Shown here: positions 18,677-28,280 of the stretch, piece after piece
Numbering within the stretch: position 1 is the first letter of the stretch
Layout: each line of letters starts with the position of its first letter
Program-made: the position numbers and the translations under genes
Notes under the pieces: generated by a model
What the model was told of the DNA's origin: nothing
Databases searched by the model: none
Seen by the model: the letters and a program-made list of their open reading frames with translations, nothing else
NCBI GenBank assembly: GCA_963662285.2
Contig: CAXXMV010000002.1
Location: forward strand, 288,001 to 352,000
Length of the DNA: 64,000 nt
DNA from: a bacterium
GTDB lineage: Bacteria > Hinthialibacterota > Hinthialibacteria > Hinthialibacterales > Hinthialibacteraceae
Direction of reading: 5' to 3'

Positions 18677-21124
18677 TTGATGGAGAGCAAAGTGATAAAA
18701 CCCCGCTATGCCAAAATCGATCTTCATTGTCACTCGTGGGCGTCTGACCGTCCTTCACTATGGTTAATGCAGAGGCTGGGTTGTCCGGAAAGTTTCATTT
18801 CCCCCGACCATGTGCGTGAATCGGCCATGCAAAGGGATATGGATTTTGTCACTATCACCGATCACAATACTATTGATGGCGTCGTAAAATTACAAAAATA
18901 CGACAATGTCATCATCGGTGAAGAGGTGACGACCTACTTTCCCGACGATGTTAAAGTACATGTGATTTGCCTGGATATAACGGAACAACAGCACCATGAA
19001 ATTGATAATGTACGAGGCGATATTTTCGAACTGGTTCGTTATTTAAACCAGCATGATATCTTCCATTACTGCGCCCATCCGCTTCATAAAGTTAATGGAC
19101 GCTTGACCTGGGAATTATTCGAGCAGTTAATTCTGCTATTCAAAAACTTTGAGATACTAAATGGAACCCGCTTACGCCGGTTGAATCATGCCGTCCAAAA
19201 GGTTCTGGAAAGTTTAACGCCCGAAGAGATCCAGCGCTTGTCGCATAAACACGGTATCGAGCCAGTCGGTCAACGCCCTTGGGAGAAGAATACCTACGCC
19301 GGAACGGATGACCATAGCGGACTCTTCGTCGGTTCCTGTTTCACCGAAGTAGAGACCGAATCCATGACCCGCGAAGGCGTTATGGAGGGATTGCGTCAGG
19401 GCAAAACGCGCATCAATGGCGACAGCGATGGAATATTGACCTTAGCCCATCAGGTTAACAGCATCGCCTATCAATATTACCGCAGCAAAATCGGTCCGGA
19501 TTCCAGTGAATTGCTGCATCTTCTGGGAAGGATATTTGAACGCAACAAGCCTTTCAAAATGCCCTCCCGGCTAAGGCTGCGCAAAGGATTAAAAAAACTC
19601 CTTAAATATTTCTGGAAGCCCAAAGGCTCTAAAATCAACCTTATCGAAGAGATCAGAGAGGTTGTGCGCAACAGCATCTCTTTCCGGTCGCTTTTCGAAG
19701 AAGGATTGATGACGCGGGAAGAATATAATACCCATGTCTTCAATCTCTCCTCGGAAGTGTTCGACCAGATGATTATCAATGTCTCAGAGAAGCCTCAACT
19801 GCTGCACTATTTCATCCTGTTGGCGCCTACCGTGTTGGCTTCATACATGATGGTTTGTCAAAACCTTCATTCTGAACGTGATATTATTGAAGATGCGGAA
19901 CACTATCTTGGCATTGTGCGCAAACCCAAGGTAGCCTGGTTCACCGATTCTTTCGCCAATATGGATGGCGTATCCAAAACTTGCCGCATGTTCATGGATG
20001 CTTCCCGAAAAAGGGATAAAGACCTGACCATTATCACCAGCCACTCAGAGGAACTTGAAGGCGCCAATGTAATTAATTTCCAGCCTATACGCGAATTCCC
20101 CACTCCGGGCTACGAAAAAGTCAAACTCTACATCCCCTCCATACTCAAGGTTTTTCATTACATCGAGCAACAGGATTTTGATTCTATAGTTGTCAGTACG
20201 CCAGGACCGATTGGTTTGATCGGATTGTTATGCGCCAAACTGATGCATCTTCCGGTTCACGGCATTTACCATACGGACTTGCCGCGAATCGCCCTGCAAG
20301 TATCGAACGACGCCATGTTTGGTAAGTTGGCGCTGGTTATAACCCGTATGTTCTACACCCATACCGATCACGTCATGTCTCCTTCTAAATGGTATCAGGA
20401 AGATATATGCAATCTCGGGATTCCATTGGAGCGCACTAGCATAATGGAGCGATGGATTGATACGAATACGTTTAATCCCGGTTTGCGGGATGAGAACTAT
20501 TGGAATAATAAAGCCGACTGCAACCTGCTTTTCGTCGGTCGCATCTCCAAAGACAAGAACCTAGATTTATTGATCGAACTATATGAAAATCTCGCGCCGC
20601 AATACCATAATTTCGTCATACACTGCGTAGGCGATGGACCATATCTAAAAGAGATGCAACGTAAAACAGCTTCCATGCCGCGTTTTATCATGACTGGCGC
20701 CAAGTTCAAAGATGATCTCGCCGCCGCTTATGCTTCTTCAGATATGTTTGTCTACCCAGGATTATTAGACACTTTCGGTAACGTAATTGTGGAAGCGCAG
20801 GCTTCAGGGCTTCCCTGCGTGGTGATGAATGAAGGCGGTCCGCAAGAACTTATTCAAGCGCAAAAAACCGGATTCGTGGCGCGTACCAACATGGAATTCA
20901 TCAATGCAGCTTCAGAACTGATCAACAACCGACAACGGAGAAAAGAGATGGGGCGGTGCGCCGCTGAATATGCTGGACATCGTTTCGCCGAAGAGGCTAT
21001 CTTTACAAAATTCTGGCAAACAGTTACAAGTCCCATGCCCGAAGATATCGCAAATCACGAGTTCAGGTTCTCTTTTAACCGCAAACATGAATCCCGTGTC
21101 GTGGTTCCCCTGCGTTCCGCGTAA
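18677..21124 (+). CDS. PHP-domain / GT4 glycosyltransferase fusion
   Basis: DLHCHS, ITDHN, AHP and TDDH (PHP); DGVSK, FVGRISKDKN and DTFGNVIVEAQASGLP (GT4). Confidence 0.85.
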   Translation: MMESKVIKPRYAKIDLHCHSWASDRPSLWLMQRLGCPESFISPDHVRESAMQRDMDFVTITDHNTIDGVVKLQKYDNVIIGEEVTTYFPDDVKVHVICLDITEQQHHEIDNVRGDIFELVRYLNQHDIFHYCAHPLHKVNGRLTWELFEQLILLFKNFEILNGTRLRRLNHAVQKVLESLTPEEIQRLSHKHGIEPVGQRPWEKNTYAGTDDHSGLFVGSCFTEVETESMTREGVMEGLRQGKTRINGDSDGILTLAHQVNSIAYQYYRSKIGPDSSELLHLLGRIFERNKPFKMPSRLRLRKGLKKLLKYFWKPKGSKINLIEEIREVVRNSISFRSLFEEGLMTREEYNTHVFNLSSEVFDQMIINVSEKPQLLHYFILLAPTVLASYMMVCQNLHSERDIIEDAEHYLGIVRKPKVAWFTDSFANMDGVSKTCRMFMDASRKRDKDLTIITSHSEELEGANVINFQPIREFPTPGYEKVKLYIPSILKVFHYIEQQDFDSIVVSTPGPIGLIGLLCAKLMHLPVHGIYHTDLPRIALQVSNDAMFGKLALVITRMFYTHTDHVMSPSKWYQEDICNLGIPLERTSIMERWIDTNTFNPGLRDENYWNNKADCNLLFVGRISKDKNLDLLIELYENLAPQYHNFVIHCVGDGPYLKEMQRKTASMPRFIMTGAKFKDDLAAAYASSDMFVYPGLLDTFGNVIVEAQASGLPCVVMNEGGPQELIQAQKTGFVARTNMEFINAASELINNRQRRKEMGRCAAEYAGHRFAEEAIFTKFWQTVTSPMPEDIANHEFRFSFNRKHESRVVVPLRSA

Positions 21125-21147
21125 TAAGGGAAGCGAAGCGGTTTGAA

Positions 21148-22074
21148 CTATGCGAGTTTTTGATGCAAACCCGCATAGGTTGCAGGCGTAAACTTATTCT
21201 TACGTATATAAGAGAATGTAAGGTCGAGCATCTTCATTTCAGGATCAAACTGATGCAATGACCAGGGATGCCAAATTAAGGAAATATAAGTTTTCTTTTG
21301 GCTGAGAGTTTTCTCGAAAAAGATTTTATTGATGGCAAACTCTTCTTGTGGAGTCGTAATATAGCCTTTTGGTATGGCCTCTGGCATAGCGGGAGGCCAG
21401 AGAGTGATCCGTTTAGGCCCCATTTTGTTGTTATTCTTCAATAGGTTTTCATGCCAGCCATGGCCGGGTAGTTCCCATAGGTCAGGAAAACCATTTTCCG
21501 CATAAGTAAACGGCATGTTCAATAACGTGGGCAGTGAATAATCCGGCCCCCAGAGCATACTGCTGGTATATAGGTAACCCGCCTCTTCACAAAAACCTAA
21601 AACATCTTTGGCGTTCTTAAATCCATGTTCAAATCCACATCCCGGACGCATTCCCAGACAGGGGCGCTCAAATACATCTTCAATAATTTTCTTCCCCTTA
21701 AATATTTCAATTCTTTTGTCTTCAAGAGAAATAGCGGATCCGCAAAAGGGGTTATCTCTTAACATTCGGTGCGAGTAGGTATGCGAAGCGATTTCAAAAA
21801 GTGGGTCATCTAATAATTTGCGATATTCAACAGGATTGGCTTGCAGCGTCTTGCCAACGATAAAGAAAGTCGCGGGCATTTCATGCCGCTTATGCATTTC
21901 GACGATTTTCTTACAAGCATCCAGGCATGACGGAGATTCTGTATCATAAGCAGCAATATATAAAGGATTACCTGGATTGGTTTGTTGTGCGCTGGATGAC
22001 CGGGCAAGAGCCGCCGCCCCTACTCCACTGGCTAATGTCGTCTGCAAAAACCGTCTTCTTAGCATAGATGCCAT
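21148..22074 (-). CDS. Tat-exported polysaccharide deacetylase (NodB fold)
   Basis: RRRFL twin-arginine motif; YDTE, ATFFIVG, EIASHTYSH and WHPW motifs. Confidence 0.8.
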   Translation of the reverse strand: MASMLRRRFLQTTLASGVGAAALARSSSAQQTNPGNPLYIAAYDTESPSCLDACKKIVEMHKRHEMPATFFIVGKTLQANPVEYRKLLDDPLFEIASHTYSHRMLRDNPFCGSAISLEDKRIEIFKGKKIIEDVFERPCLGMRPGCGFEHGFKNAKDVLGFCEEAGYLYTSSMLWGPDYSLPTLLNMPFTYAENGFPDLWELPGHGWHENLLKNNNKMGPKRITLWPPAMPEAIPKGYITTPQEEFAINKIFFEKTLSQKKTYISLIWHPWSLHQFDPEMKMLDLTFSYIRKNKFTPATYAGLHQKLA

Positions 22075-22252
22075 GGCTGGTTCCTTTCGATGATTAATAA
22101 TTTGTAATGCAAACGATAATTCTAGACTTTCAATATTTCTAGTGAATCTATCATCTATCTACAGCATTTCTTAGACCTTTCTTGCTTATTAGGCAATTTT
22201 ATGGTGAAATTAATTAGATTCACAATCCATCTTCAGATCAAGGCGGTGGTGA

Positions 22253-22308
22253 ATGTACGTAAAAATCTATTCCAGTACGACAATGGGGATTGAAGCCTAC
22301 ATCATGGA
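22253..22308 (+). pseudogene. Duplicated 5' fragment of comM (att-like left repeat)
   Basis: 51/56 bp identical to 23117-23172; reads MYVKIYSSTTMGIEAYIME versus MYVKIFSSATMGIEAYIME, then diverges and stops after 36 codons. Confidence 0.85.
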
Positions 22309-22449
22309 GATCATGAACATGAACTTAATTGTAATAGAGGGGGAGCAGGTTAGACCCAATTAGGGAAATTGCTACAATGACAGTAATACAATGTTCAGTA
22401 TATGCTTAAAATCCAATATATTCTCACTGCTTGCCAGAGAGATTAAACA

Positions 22450-22956
22450 ATGGGACAAATCAGCAACAATTTCGCTTTCATTGATAGCCAGAATCTTTAT
22501 AAGGGGATAAATGATTGTGGTTGGAAATTAGATTTTAACCGTTTTCGAGTTTACCTTAGGGATAAATACAGAGTAACAAAAGCATTTCTTTTTATTGGAT
22601 ATATTGCCGGAAATGAAACGCTCTATACTTCATTGCAGCAGTATGGCTATCTGCTTATTTTCAAACCTACTCTTGAATATAAAAAAAATGGAAAAAGATA
22701 TACCAAAGGCAATGTTGATGCGGAGTTAGTATTACACGCCATCCTTGAGTTTTCAAATTATGACAAAGCAATTCTAGTGTCAGGGGATGGTGATTTTCAC
22801 TGTTTGATTGAGTATTTAGTAAAACATAATAAACTCGGAAAAATATTGATTCCTAACAGGAAAAGATATTCCGCCCTTCTGAGGAAATTCAGGCCATACT
22901 TCGCGTTTCTGGATAATCTTAATATCAAGATTGGGATTGGAGATGAACAAAAATAA
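22450..22956 (+). CDS. NYN domain (LabA/DUF88, PIN-like) ribonuclease
   Basis: FIDSQNL, KGNVDAEL and VSGDGDF acidic catalytic motifs intact. Confidence 0.9.
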   Translation: MGQISNNFAFIDSQNLYKGINDCGWKLDFNRFRVYLRDKYRVTKAFLFIGYIAGNETLYTSLQQYGYLLIFKPTLEYKKNGKRYTKGNVDAELVLHAILEFSNYDKAILVSGDGDFHCLIEYLVKHNKLGKILIPNRKRYSALLRKFRPYFAFLDNLNIKIGIGDEQK

Positions 22957-23009
22957 AAGAGGGAGAGTAACCTTCGGACGAAACCTTAGGTGTGCCCCCT
23001 CATCGTGAT
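22949..23009 (-). ncRNA. Candidate ~60-nt small RNA convergent with the NYN gene
   Basis: AUCACGAU-GAGGGGG-CAC-ACCU-AA-GG-UUUCGU-CC-GA-AGGU-UACU-CUCCCUC-UUUUAUUUUU hairpin plus U tail, directly downstream of a sigma70 promoter. Confidence 0.65.
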
Positions 23010-23015
23010 ATCTAG

Positions 23016-23043
23016 AGTATACCAAGATAAAAGAATTCGTCAA
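23016..23043 (-). promoter_or_regulatory. Sigma70-type promoter driving the candidate sRNA
   Basis: TTGACG (23043-23038), 16-nt spacer, TG-G-TATACT extended -10 (23021-23016). Confidence 0.7.
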
Positions 23044-23116
23044 TATATTGTTTCACGTTGTGAGTTCATCTTTTCCCGACATATCTAATCTATGCTAAAT
23101 GGGGGCGCTTAATCCA

Positions 23117-24652
23117 ATGTACGTCAAAATCTTTTCCAGCGCGACAATGGGGATCGAAGCCTACATCATGGAAGTCGAGATGGACATGACTTCCGGTCAG
23201 CCGGGGTTGACTATTGTCGGTCTGCCGGACGCCGCTGTTAAAGAGAGCAAGGAACGGGTTCGCTCGGCATTAGTCAATTGCGGCTTTGCTTATCCGCCCA
23301 AGCGCATGACTCTCAATCTGGCGCCGGCTGATGTCCCCAAAGAAGGCTCGGCGCTTGATCTGCCTATCGCTATCGCCATTCTGGCTGCTAATGGATTGAT
23401 TCCCCTTGAGCGTTTGGAAGATTCCCTATTGTTGGGCGAGTTAGCCCTGGATGGAACATTGCGCCCTATCCGCGGCGCCTTGCCCGTGGCTATGGCGGCG
23501 CAGAAAAGGAACTTTAAACGTTTCCTGCTTCCATCCATGAATGCCAGCGAAGCGGCGGTTGTTGAAAATTTAGATATATATCCAGTCAAGACGCTTCCTG
23601 AGGCTTTTAATATTCTTAACGGTAATGGAGATATCAAACCGTTTACGATCAACGTCGAACATTTATTCAGCCAGGCGGCGCATTACGAAATAGATTTCGC
23701 TGACGTCAAAGGTCAGGAACACGCCAAACGGACGTTGGAAGTGGCGGCGGCTGGAGGACACAATCTGATTATGGTCGGGCCGCCGGGATCAGGAAAAACC
23801 ATGCTGGCTAAACGGCTGCCGACTATTCTGCCGCCCATGAGTTTCGAGGAAGCCCTGGAGACCACCAAAATCCATAGCATCCACGGTTCTCTGCCGCCTA
23901 AGCGGGCTATGATCGCCACGCGCCCCTTCCGCTCGCCGCATCACTCGGTTTCTGACGCGGGATTGATTGGCGGCGGCATCCATCCCCGTCCGGGAGAAGT
24001 GAGCCTGTCGCATCACGGAGTGCTCTTTTTAGATGAACTGCCCGAATTTACCCGCAATGTGCTGGAGAATCTTCGTCAACCGTTGGAAGACGGAAGGGTG
24101 ACCATCTCGAGGGCTTCGGGTTCGCTTACTTTCCCCAGCCGGTTCATGCTGGTCGCCGCAGCTAATCCCTGCCCTTGCGGTTATTTTGGCGACTTACAGC
24201 ACACTTGCCAATGTACGCCAAATAAGATTCAAGCCTATATGTCAAAACTATCCGGTCCACTGCTTGACCGGATAGATATTCACGTCGAGGTTCCCAGCGT
24301 CTCTTTTGATGAGCTGCACTCGCCGCCAACCGGGGATAAATCGTCTGTTATCCGCAAACGGGTTCGACAAGCCAGAGACAAACAACTGGAGCGTTTTGTC
24401 AATCACAAAATCTATTGCAACGCCCACATGAGTTCAAAAGACCTGAAAGATTTCTGTCCCATGGATGAGGCTACCCGCGACATGCTGCGCTCCGGCCTGG
24501 AGCGTCTCGGGCTTTCAGCCCGCGCCTACGACCGGGTAATAAAGGTAGCCCGCACTATCGCCGATTTGGCTCACAGCGAAGACATCCGCCCCGAACATAT
24601 TTGCGAAGCAGTGCAATACCGCACCCTGGATCGGAAACTGTGGCTGCGGTGA
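23117..24652 (+). CDS. comM: ComM/YifB Mg-chelatase-like AAA+ ATPase
   Basis: IVGLPDAAVKESKERV, NLAPADVPKEG, GPPGSGKT, PFRSPHH, LFLDELPEF and NPCPCG motifs. Confidence 0.95.
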   Translation: MYVKIFSSATMGIEAYIMEVEMDMTSGQPGLTIVGLPDAAVKESKERVRSALVNCGFAYPPKRMTLNLAPADVPKEGSALDLPIAIAILAANGLIPLERLEDSLLLGELALDGTLRPIRGALPVAMAAQKRNFKRFLLPSMNASEAAVVENLDIYPVKTLPEAFNILNGNGDIKPFTINVEHLFSQAAHYEIDFADVKGQEHAKRTLEVAAAGGHNLIMVGPPGSGKTMLAKRLPTILPPMSFEEALETTKIHSIHGSLPPKRAMIATRPFRSPHHSVSDAGLIGGGIHPRPGEVSLSHHGVLFLDELPEFTRNVLENLRQPLEDGRVTISRASGSLTFPSRFMLVAAANPCPCGYFGDLQHTCQCTPNKIQAYMSKLSGPLLDRIDIHVEVPSVSFDELHSPPTGDKSSVIRKRVRQARDKQLERFVNHKIYCNAHMSSKDLKDFCPMDEATRDMLRSGLERLGLSARAYDRVIKVARTIADLAHSEDIRPEHICEAVQYRTLDRKLWLR

Positions 24653-24683
24653 TTGTTGAGTTCCAGAAACGATTGTTCTGTTT

Positions 24684-26381
24684 TTACTTTCTTTTAAGTC
24701 TATTTTCTTCTAGTTGAACAACTCCCAGTGAGCGGGGTTGGAGTTTGAAAGTTATTGAATTCTGGTTGTTCTCAATTTCGACAGATTCTTTTCGGGGTAG
24801 AGCCAGCGCTTTGTTTTTGATGCTCGAAAGTTCTGATACAGAGAGCGGCCTATCAAACTTAACGCTGAATGTAACTGCTGTATCGTTAAAATTTTCCACC
24901 GCCATTACGCCATTGTCATAAAGATAAAGAGAGACGCAGGTCGGTCCACTGATCTCCATTCCTAACGCTTTTAATAAAGGCTTTCTGATCTCCTCTAGTT
25001 GCTTGCTGTCTAGTTTATATAAATCACGTGGTTCCTGGGGAATCTGAATAACTTTTACTGACTTGGGTATTTCAAGGTGTTTGCTCTGGAGCAGATCTTT
25101 CATATTATGGGTTAGCAAAACTGGTTTGCCGTCAGTGATGAATTTATTGAATTGTCTGGGGAAAACGCCTTGCTTCCAACTCTGCGTTGCGAATAATGCG
25201 CAGGGAAAAGCGGCGTCTATCGTACTTAATGGCGCCATGGGGATGCCCAACATGCCCAGGAAATCATAGATGTACATCTCTTTCGGTGCATCGCTGTTAG
25301 GAATCTTTACCGCCAAAACACCGGTAGGTTTTGCGCCATGAATCAGTTTTGCTAATTCAAATAGCAGGGGCAATTCTTTTCTTAATTCAACCACATTGTC
25401 TGCATGTTCGTCTGACAATAGGGTTTTGTAATTAAACAACAATGCATCTCTCGCTCCTCCAAGGATGGTTTGGCGCGCTTGCTCAACATAAGTCTTGGGA
25501 TTTGTTCCATAAGGATCAAACCAGCCGCCTCCGGTTTTGGCGCCGCCGACGTCGGTTAACCATTGCATAATGAAGAAGGCTTCATATTGCGCTTTGCGTC
25601 CCCATTGCTTACTATCGGGATCACGCGTTTCAGTACCCACCCAGATGATATCAAAATCCCTGGTCTGCGCATCAACGTCATATCCTCGATTATGGAAATT
25701 GTCATACCACTGGGGATATTTTATAATGACTTTAACATTGGGATTCACTTCCCGCGCCGGTTTAAGGATTCGCTCATGACTAGCGCGAAGCATCAGGTCG
25801 CATCGATAGTCAGCCCAGCTGCGTTCGCCACGGGCTTTTTCAGAAATTTCAGTAGTATCATCGGTAAACAGAAAATCATCGATCATAATAACGTCAAACA
25901 AAGACGCAGTGAAACGGAATATTTTCTCACACTCTTCCAGGGTTTTTGGCATCTCGTAATTTGATACCAATTTCCATCCGTTTGATTCAACTCCAATTCC
26001 AGTAGTTGTGACGCATCCGTCGGTTATAAAGCCTGCTTTCTTAAAAGCGTCGCGTCCCCTTATCATGTCTTCTTCTTTAGCCATATATCCATTGCGGAAA
26101 GTTTCGATAAAAACCCGCGTCACGCCGGTTTCTTTACACCATTGAATAGCCTTGTCGACTCCTTCATCAGTAGAGAAATCATCGCGAACGGTTTGCGCAG
26201 TGATTAGAGTTGAAAACTGAAATGTTTTTTCATATATCTTTGCCAAGAACGAAAGTTTCGATTCATCACTGGAGACGGTGATTGCAGGCAATAATAAAAA
26301 GGTTATAAACATTATTACTGGAACCAATGATCTGTAATTCTGATGAGTATTAATGAAAAGATGTTTTAGATAAATCTTCAT
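24684..26381 (-). CDS. Secreted glycoside-hydrolase-like hypothetical protein
   Basis: Signal peptide; IMIDDF, IIKYPQWY and WVGTETRD segments suggest a TIM-barrel GH-like fold. Confidence 0.5.
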   Translation of the reverse strand: MKIYLKHLFINTHQNYRSLVPVIMFITFLLLPAITVSSDESKLSFLAKIYEKTFQFSTLITAQTVRDDFSTDEGVDKAIQWCKETGVTRVFIETFRNGYMAKEEDMIRGRDAFKKAGFITDGCVTTTGIGVESNGWKLVSNYEMPKTLEECEKIFRFTASLFDVIMIDDFLFTDDTTEISEKARGERSWADYRCDLMLRASHERILKPAREVNPNVKVIIKYPQWYDNFHNRGYDVDAQTRDFDIIWVGTETRDPDSKQWGRKAQYEAFFIMQWLTDVGGAKTGGGWFDPYGTNPKTYVEQARQTILGGARDALLFNYKTLLSDEHADNVVELRKELPLLFELAKLIHGAKPTGVLAVKIPNSDAPKEMYIYDFLGMLGIPMAPLSTIDAAFPCALFATQSWKQGVFPRQFNKFITDGKPVLLTHNMKDLLQSKHLEIPKSVKVIQIPQEPRDLYKLDSKQLEEIRKPLLKALGMEISGPTCVSLYLYDNGVMAVENFNDTAVTFSVKFDRPLSVSELSSIKNKALALPRKESVEIENNQNSITFKLQPRSLGVVQLEENRLKRK

Positions 26382-26651
26382 TGTTTAATCCCTCGCTTTT
26401 GGTGATAGCAGGTCAATCAATCTTAGATAGTACGACATTCGAATATCAATATAGTACTATATTGAAAGAATAATCGACAGGTAACTTGAATATAAAGACT
26501 AAGTCTCTTGCAAATAAATATTTGTCGGTTTATTTTACTTTTATCGCGTGAAAATCCTATTATACTCCTTTAGTAGACAATATAACTGAAGCGATCCCTG
26601 ATACTTTGTTTAGGGACATTTCACCAAAGATTGTACAGGACATGTGGGATC

Positions 26652-27095
26652 ATGCGTTTTTCAAAAACTACTGATTATGCACTGAGAGTAATGATGGCTT
26701 TAGCGCTCGCTGATAACAAGCGCCTTAGTCTCAAGAATCTTGCGACTAACGAACAAATTCCACGCAAATTCCTGGAACATGTGGTTCGCACTCTCAAAGA
26801 AAGCGATTTGGTTCATAGCACTCCCGGACCGAAGGGCGGATATAGTTTAAACTCCCCTGCTTCGATGATCTCAGTGGCTAGTATAATCAAATCAGTAAAT
26901 GGACCCTTAATGCCGGATAATATGCTGGAACCGGAATGTCACCCCCAACATCAGCAAGAATCAATCCGCCGATTGCAAGCCGTGGTTAAGGATATTAGAG
27001 TTTTTGCGCGACAACGGCTCGAATCAATCACGCTTGCTGATTTAGCGGAAGTTCGAGATATCGGCGCTCATGAAGGCTTAATGTATTACATCTAG
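26652..27095 (+). CDS. Rrf2 family regulator, CymR-like (no 3-Cys cluster)
   Basis: TDYALR, IPRKFLE, STPGPKGGYSL and ITLADL motifs; C-terminal MYYI. Confidence 0.88.
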   Translation: MRFSKTTDYALRVMMALALADNKRLSLKNLATNEQIPRKFLEHVVRTLKESDLVHSTPGPKGGYSLNSPASMISVASIIKSVNGPLMPDNMLEPECHPQHQQESIRRLQAVVKDIRVFARQRLESITLADLAEVRDIGAHEGLMYYI

Positions 27096-27204
27096 AAAAT
27101 CACACAAAAATAAACCTGCAATCGAACACCCTGGTAACAGGGAAATGAATATTCTTTTATAATATTGCCCGTCTTCAAATCCAAAACAACAAGTTTAATT
27201 AACT

Positions 27205-27747
27205 GTGAATATTTATCAAATCATTTTTATTTCCATCGCGCTGGGTTGCGACGCATTTTCAATTGCTTTATGCATTGGAGCATTTAAGCGTTATCCAGGG
27301 CAGAAATTCCGCCTGGGATTCCATTTTGGCCTATTCCAATCGCTGATGTTTATAGTGGGATTTGGGCTGGGACATGTGCTTCTGGGTTGGATCAGCATTT
27401 ATGGCAAATGGATTGCGTGCGTTATTGTGGGATGCGTGGCGCTGCACATGATTGCTGAATCATTTAAGAAGCATGAAGAGCAAATCGCGACTGATTTGTC
27501 TCGTGGATGGTTCTTGATAACCTTTTCCATAGCGACTAGTATCGATGCTCTTGCGGTAGGTTTCTCATTTGGTTTGCTGGGAGGTTCTCCCTGGTTGTCC
27601 TGCTTAATAATTGGCTTAATTGCAGCGATTATGACCCTGACAGGATTATTCATTGGCCGGCGTCTTCGAGCATCATTCGGCAAAATTGCGGAATTCGGCG
27701 GTGGGATAGTATTACTTTGCGTCGCGCTTGGATTATTGAGAATGTGA
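27205..27747 (+). CDS. mntP: Manganese efflux pump MntP
   Basis: ALGCDAFS, FGLFQ, ATSIDALAVG and AEFGGG motifs. Confidence 0.85.
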   Translation: MNIYQIIFISIALGCDAFSIALCIGAFKRYPGQKFRLGFHFGLFQSLMFIVGFGLGHVLLGWISIYGKWIACVIVGCVALHMIAESFKKHEEQIATDLSRGWFLITFSIATSIDALAVGFSFGLLGGSPWLSCLIIGLIAAIMTLTGLFIGRRLRASFGKIAEFGGGIVLLCVALGLLRM

Positions 27748-27770
27748 GAGTAGAGAGGTTTGATTGATCA

Positions 27771-28280
27771 ATGACTACTCAAGCCTATATCGCATTGGGA
27801 TCAAACCTGGGTGACCGATCCGTAAATATACAAAGCGCTTTGCAACAGCTGACTTTGGAAAAGGGCGTCTCCTTGCTGCGCGTCTCCCCTGTTTATCAAA
27901 CCAAAGCAATAGGTTTCACCGAAGATGTTCCACCTTTCTATAATGGCGCCGCTGAGATTGAGGTTGGATGTTCCGCACAAGAACTATTAGATATTCTGAT
28001 GCGTATAGAAAATCAAATGGGACGCACCCGTGAAGCAAGCCAGGGCTACCTATCCCGCACCATCGATCTTGATATTCTTCTTTTCGACGAAAAAATCATT
28101 GATCAGCCGAACCTGCAAATTCCACATCCTCGTATGCTTCAGCGTTGGTTCGTCTTGAAGCCGCTGGTTGATCTAAATCCAGAACTGGTGATTCCCGGAA
28201 ATGTTATTACCGCCGCAGAGGCTTTAGCGCAGTTATCTCCACAATCTGCGTTATCAGAATCCATTGTCATAACGCTATGA
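27771..28280 (+). CDS. folK: 2-amino-4-hydroxy-6-hydroxymethyldihydropteridine diphosphokinase
   Basis: YIALGSNLGDR, RTIDLDILLF and IPHPRM motifs. Confidence 0.95.
   Translation: MTTQAYIALGSNLGDRSVNIQSALQQLTLEKGVSLLRVSPVYQTKAIGFTEDVPPFYNGAAEIEVGCSAQELLDILMRIENQMGRTREASQGYLSRTIDLDILLFDEKIIDQPNLQIPHPRMLQRWFVLKPLVDLNPELVIPGNVITAAEALAQLSPQSALSESIVITL

Noticed and set aside
22971-22990. GGACGAAAC as part of a hammerhead ribozyme
   Set aside because: No CUGANGA core at a compatible position on that strand.
22816-23043. 75-aa minus-strand ORF overlapping the NYN 3' end as a protein antitoxin
   Set aside because: Its TTG start coincides with the -35 box of the predicted promoter, it has no SD, and the frame runs through a terminator-like hairpin; an ncRNA explains the region better.
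27096-27204. yybP-ykoY Mn riboswitch upstream of mntP
   Set aside because: Lacks the GGGGAGUA and CGUC core motifs; only a short CCCTG/CAGGG hairpin is present.
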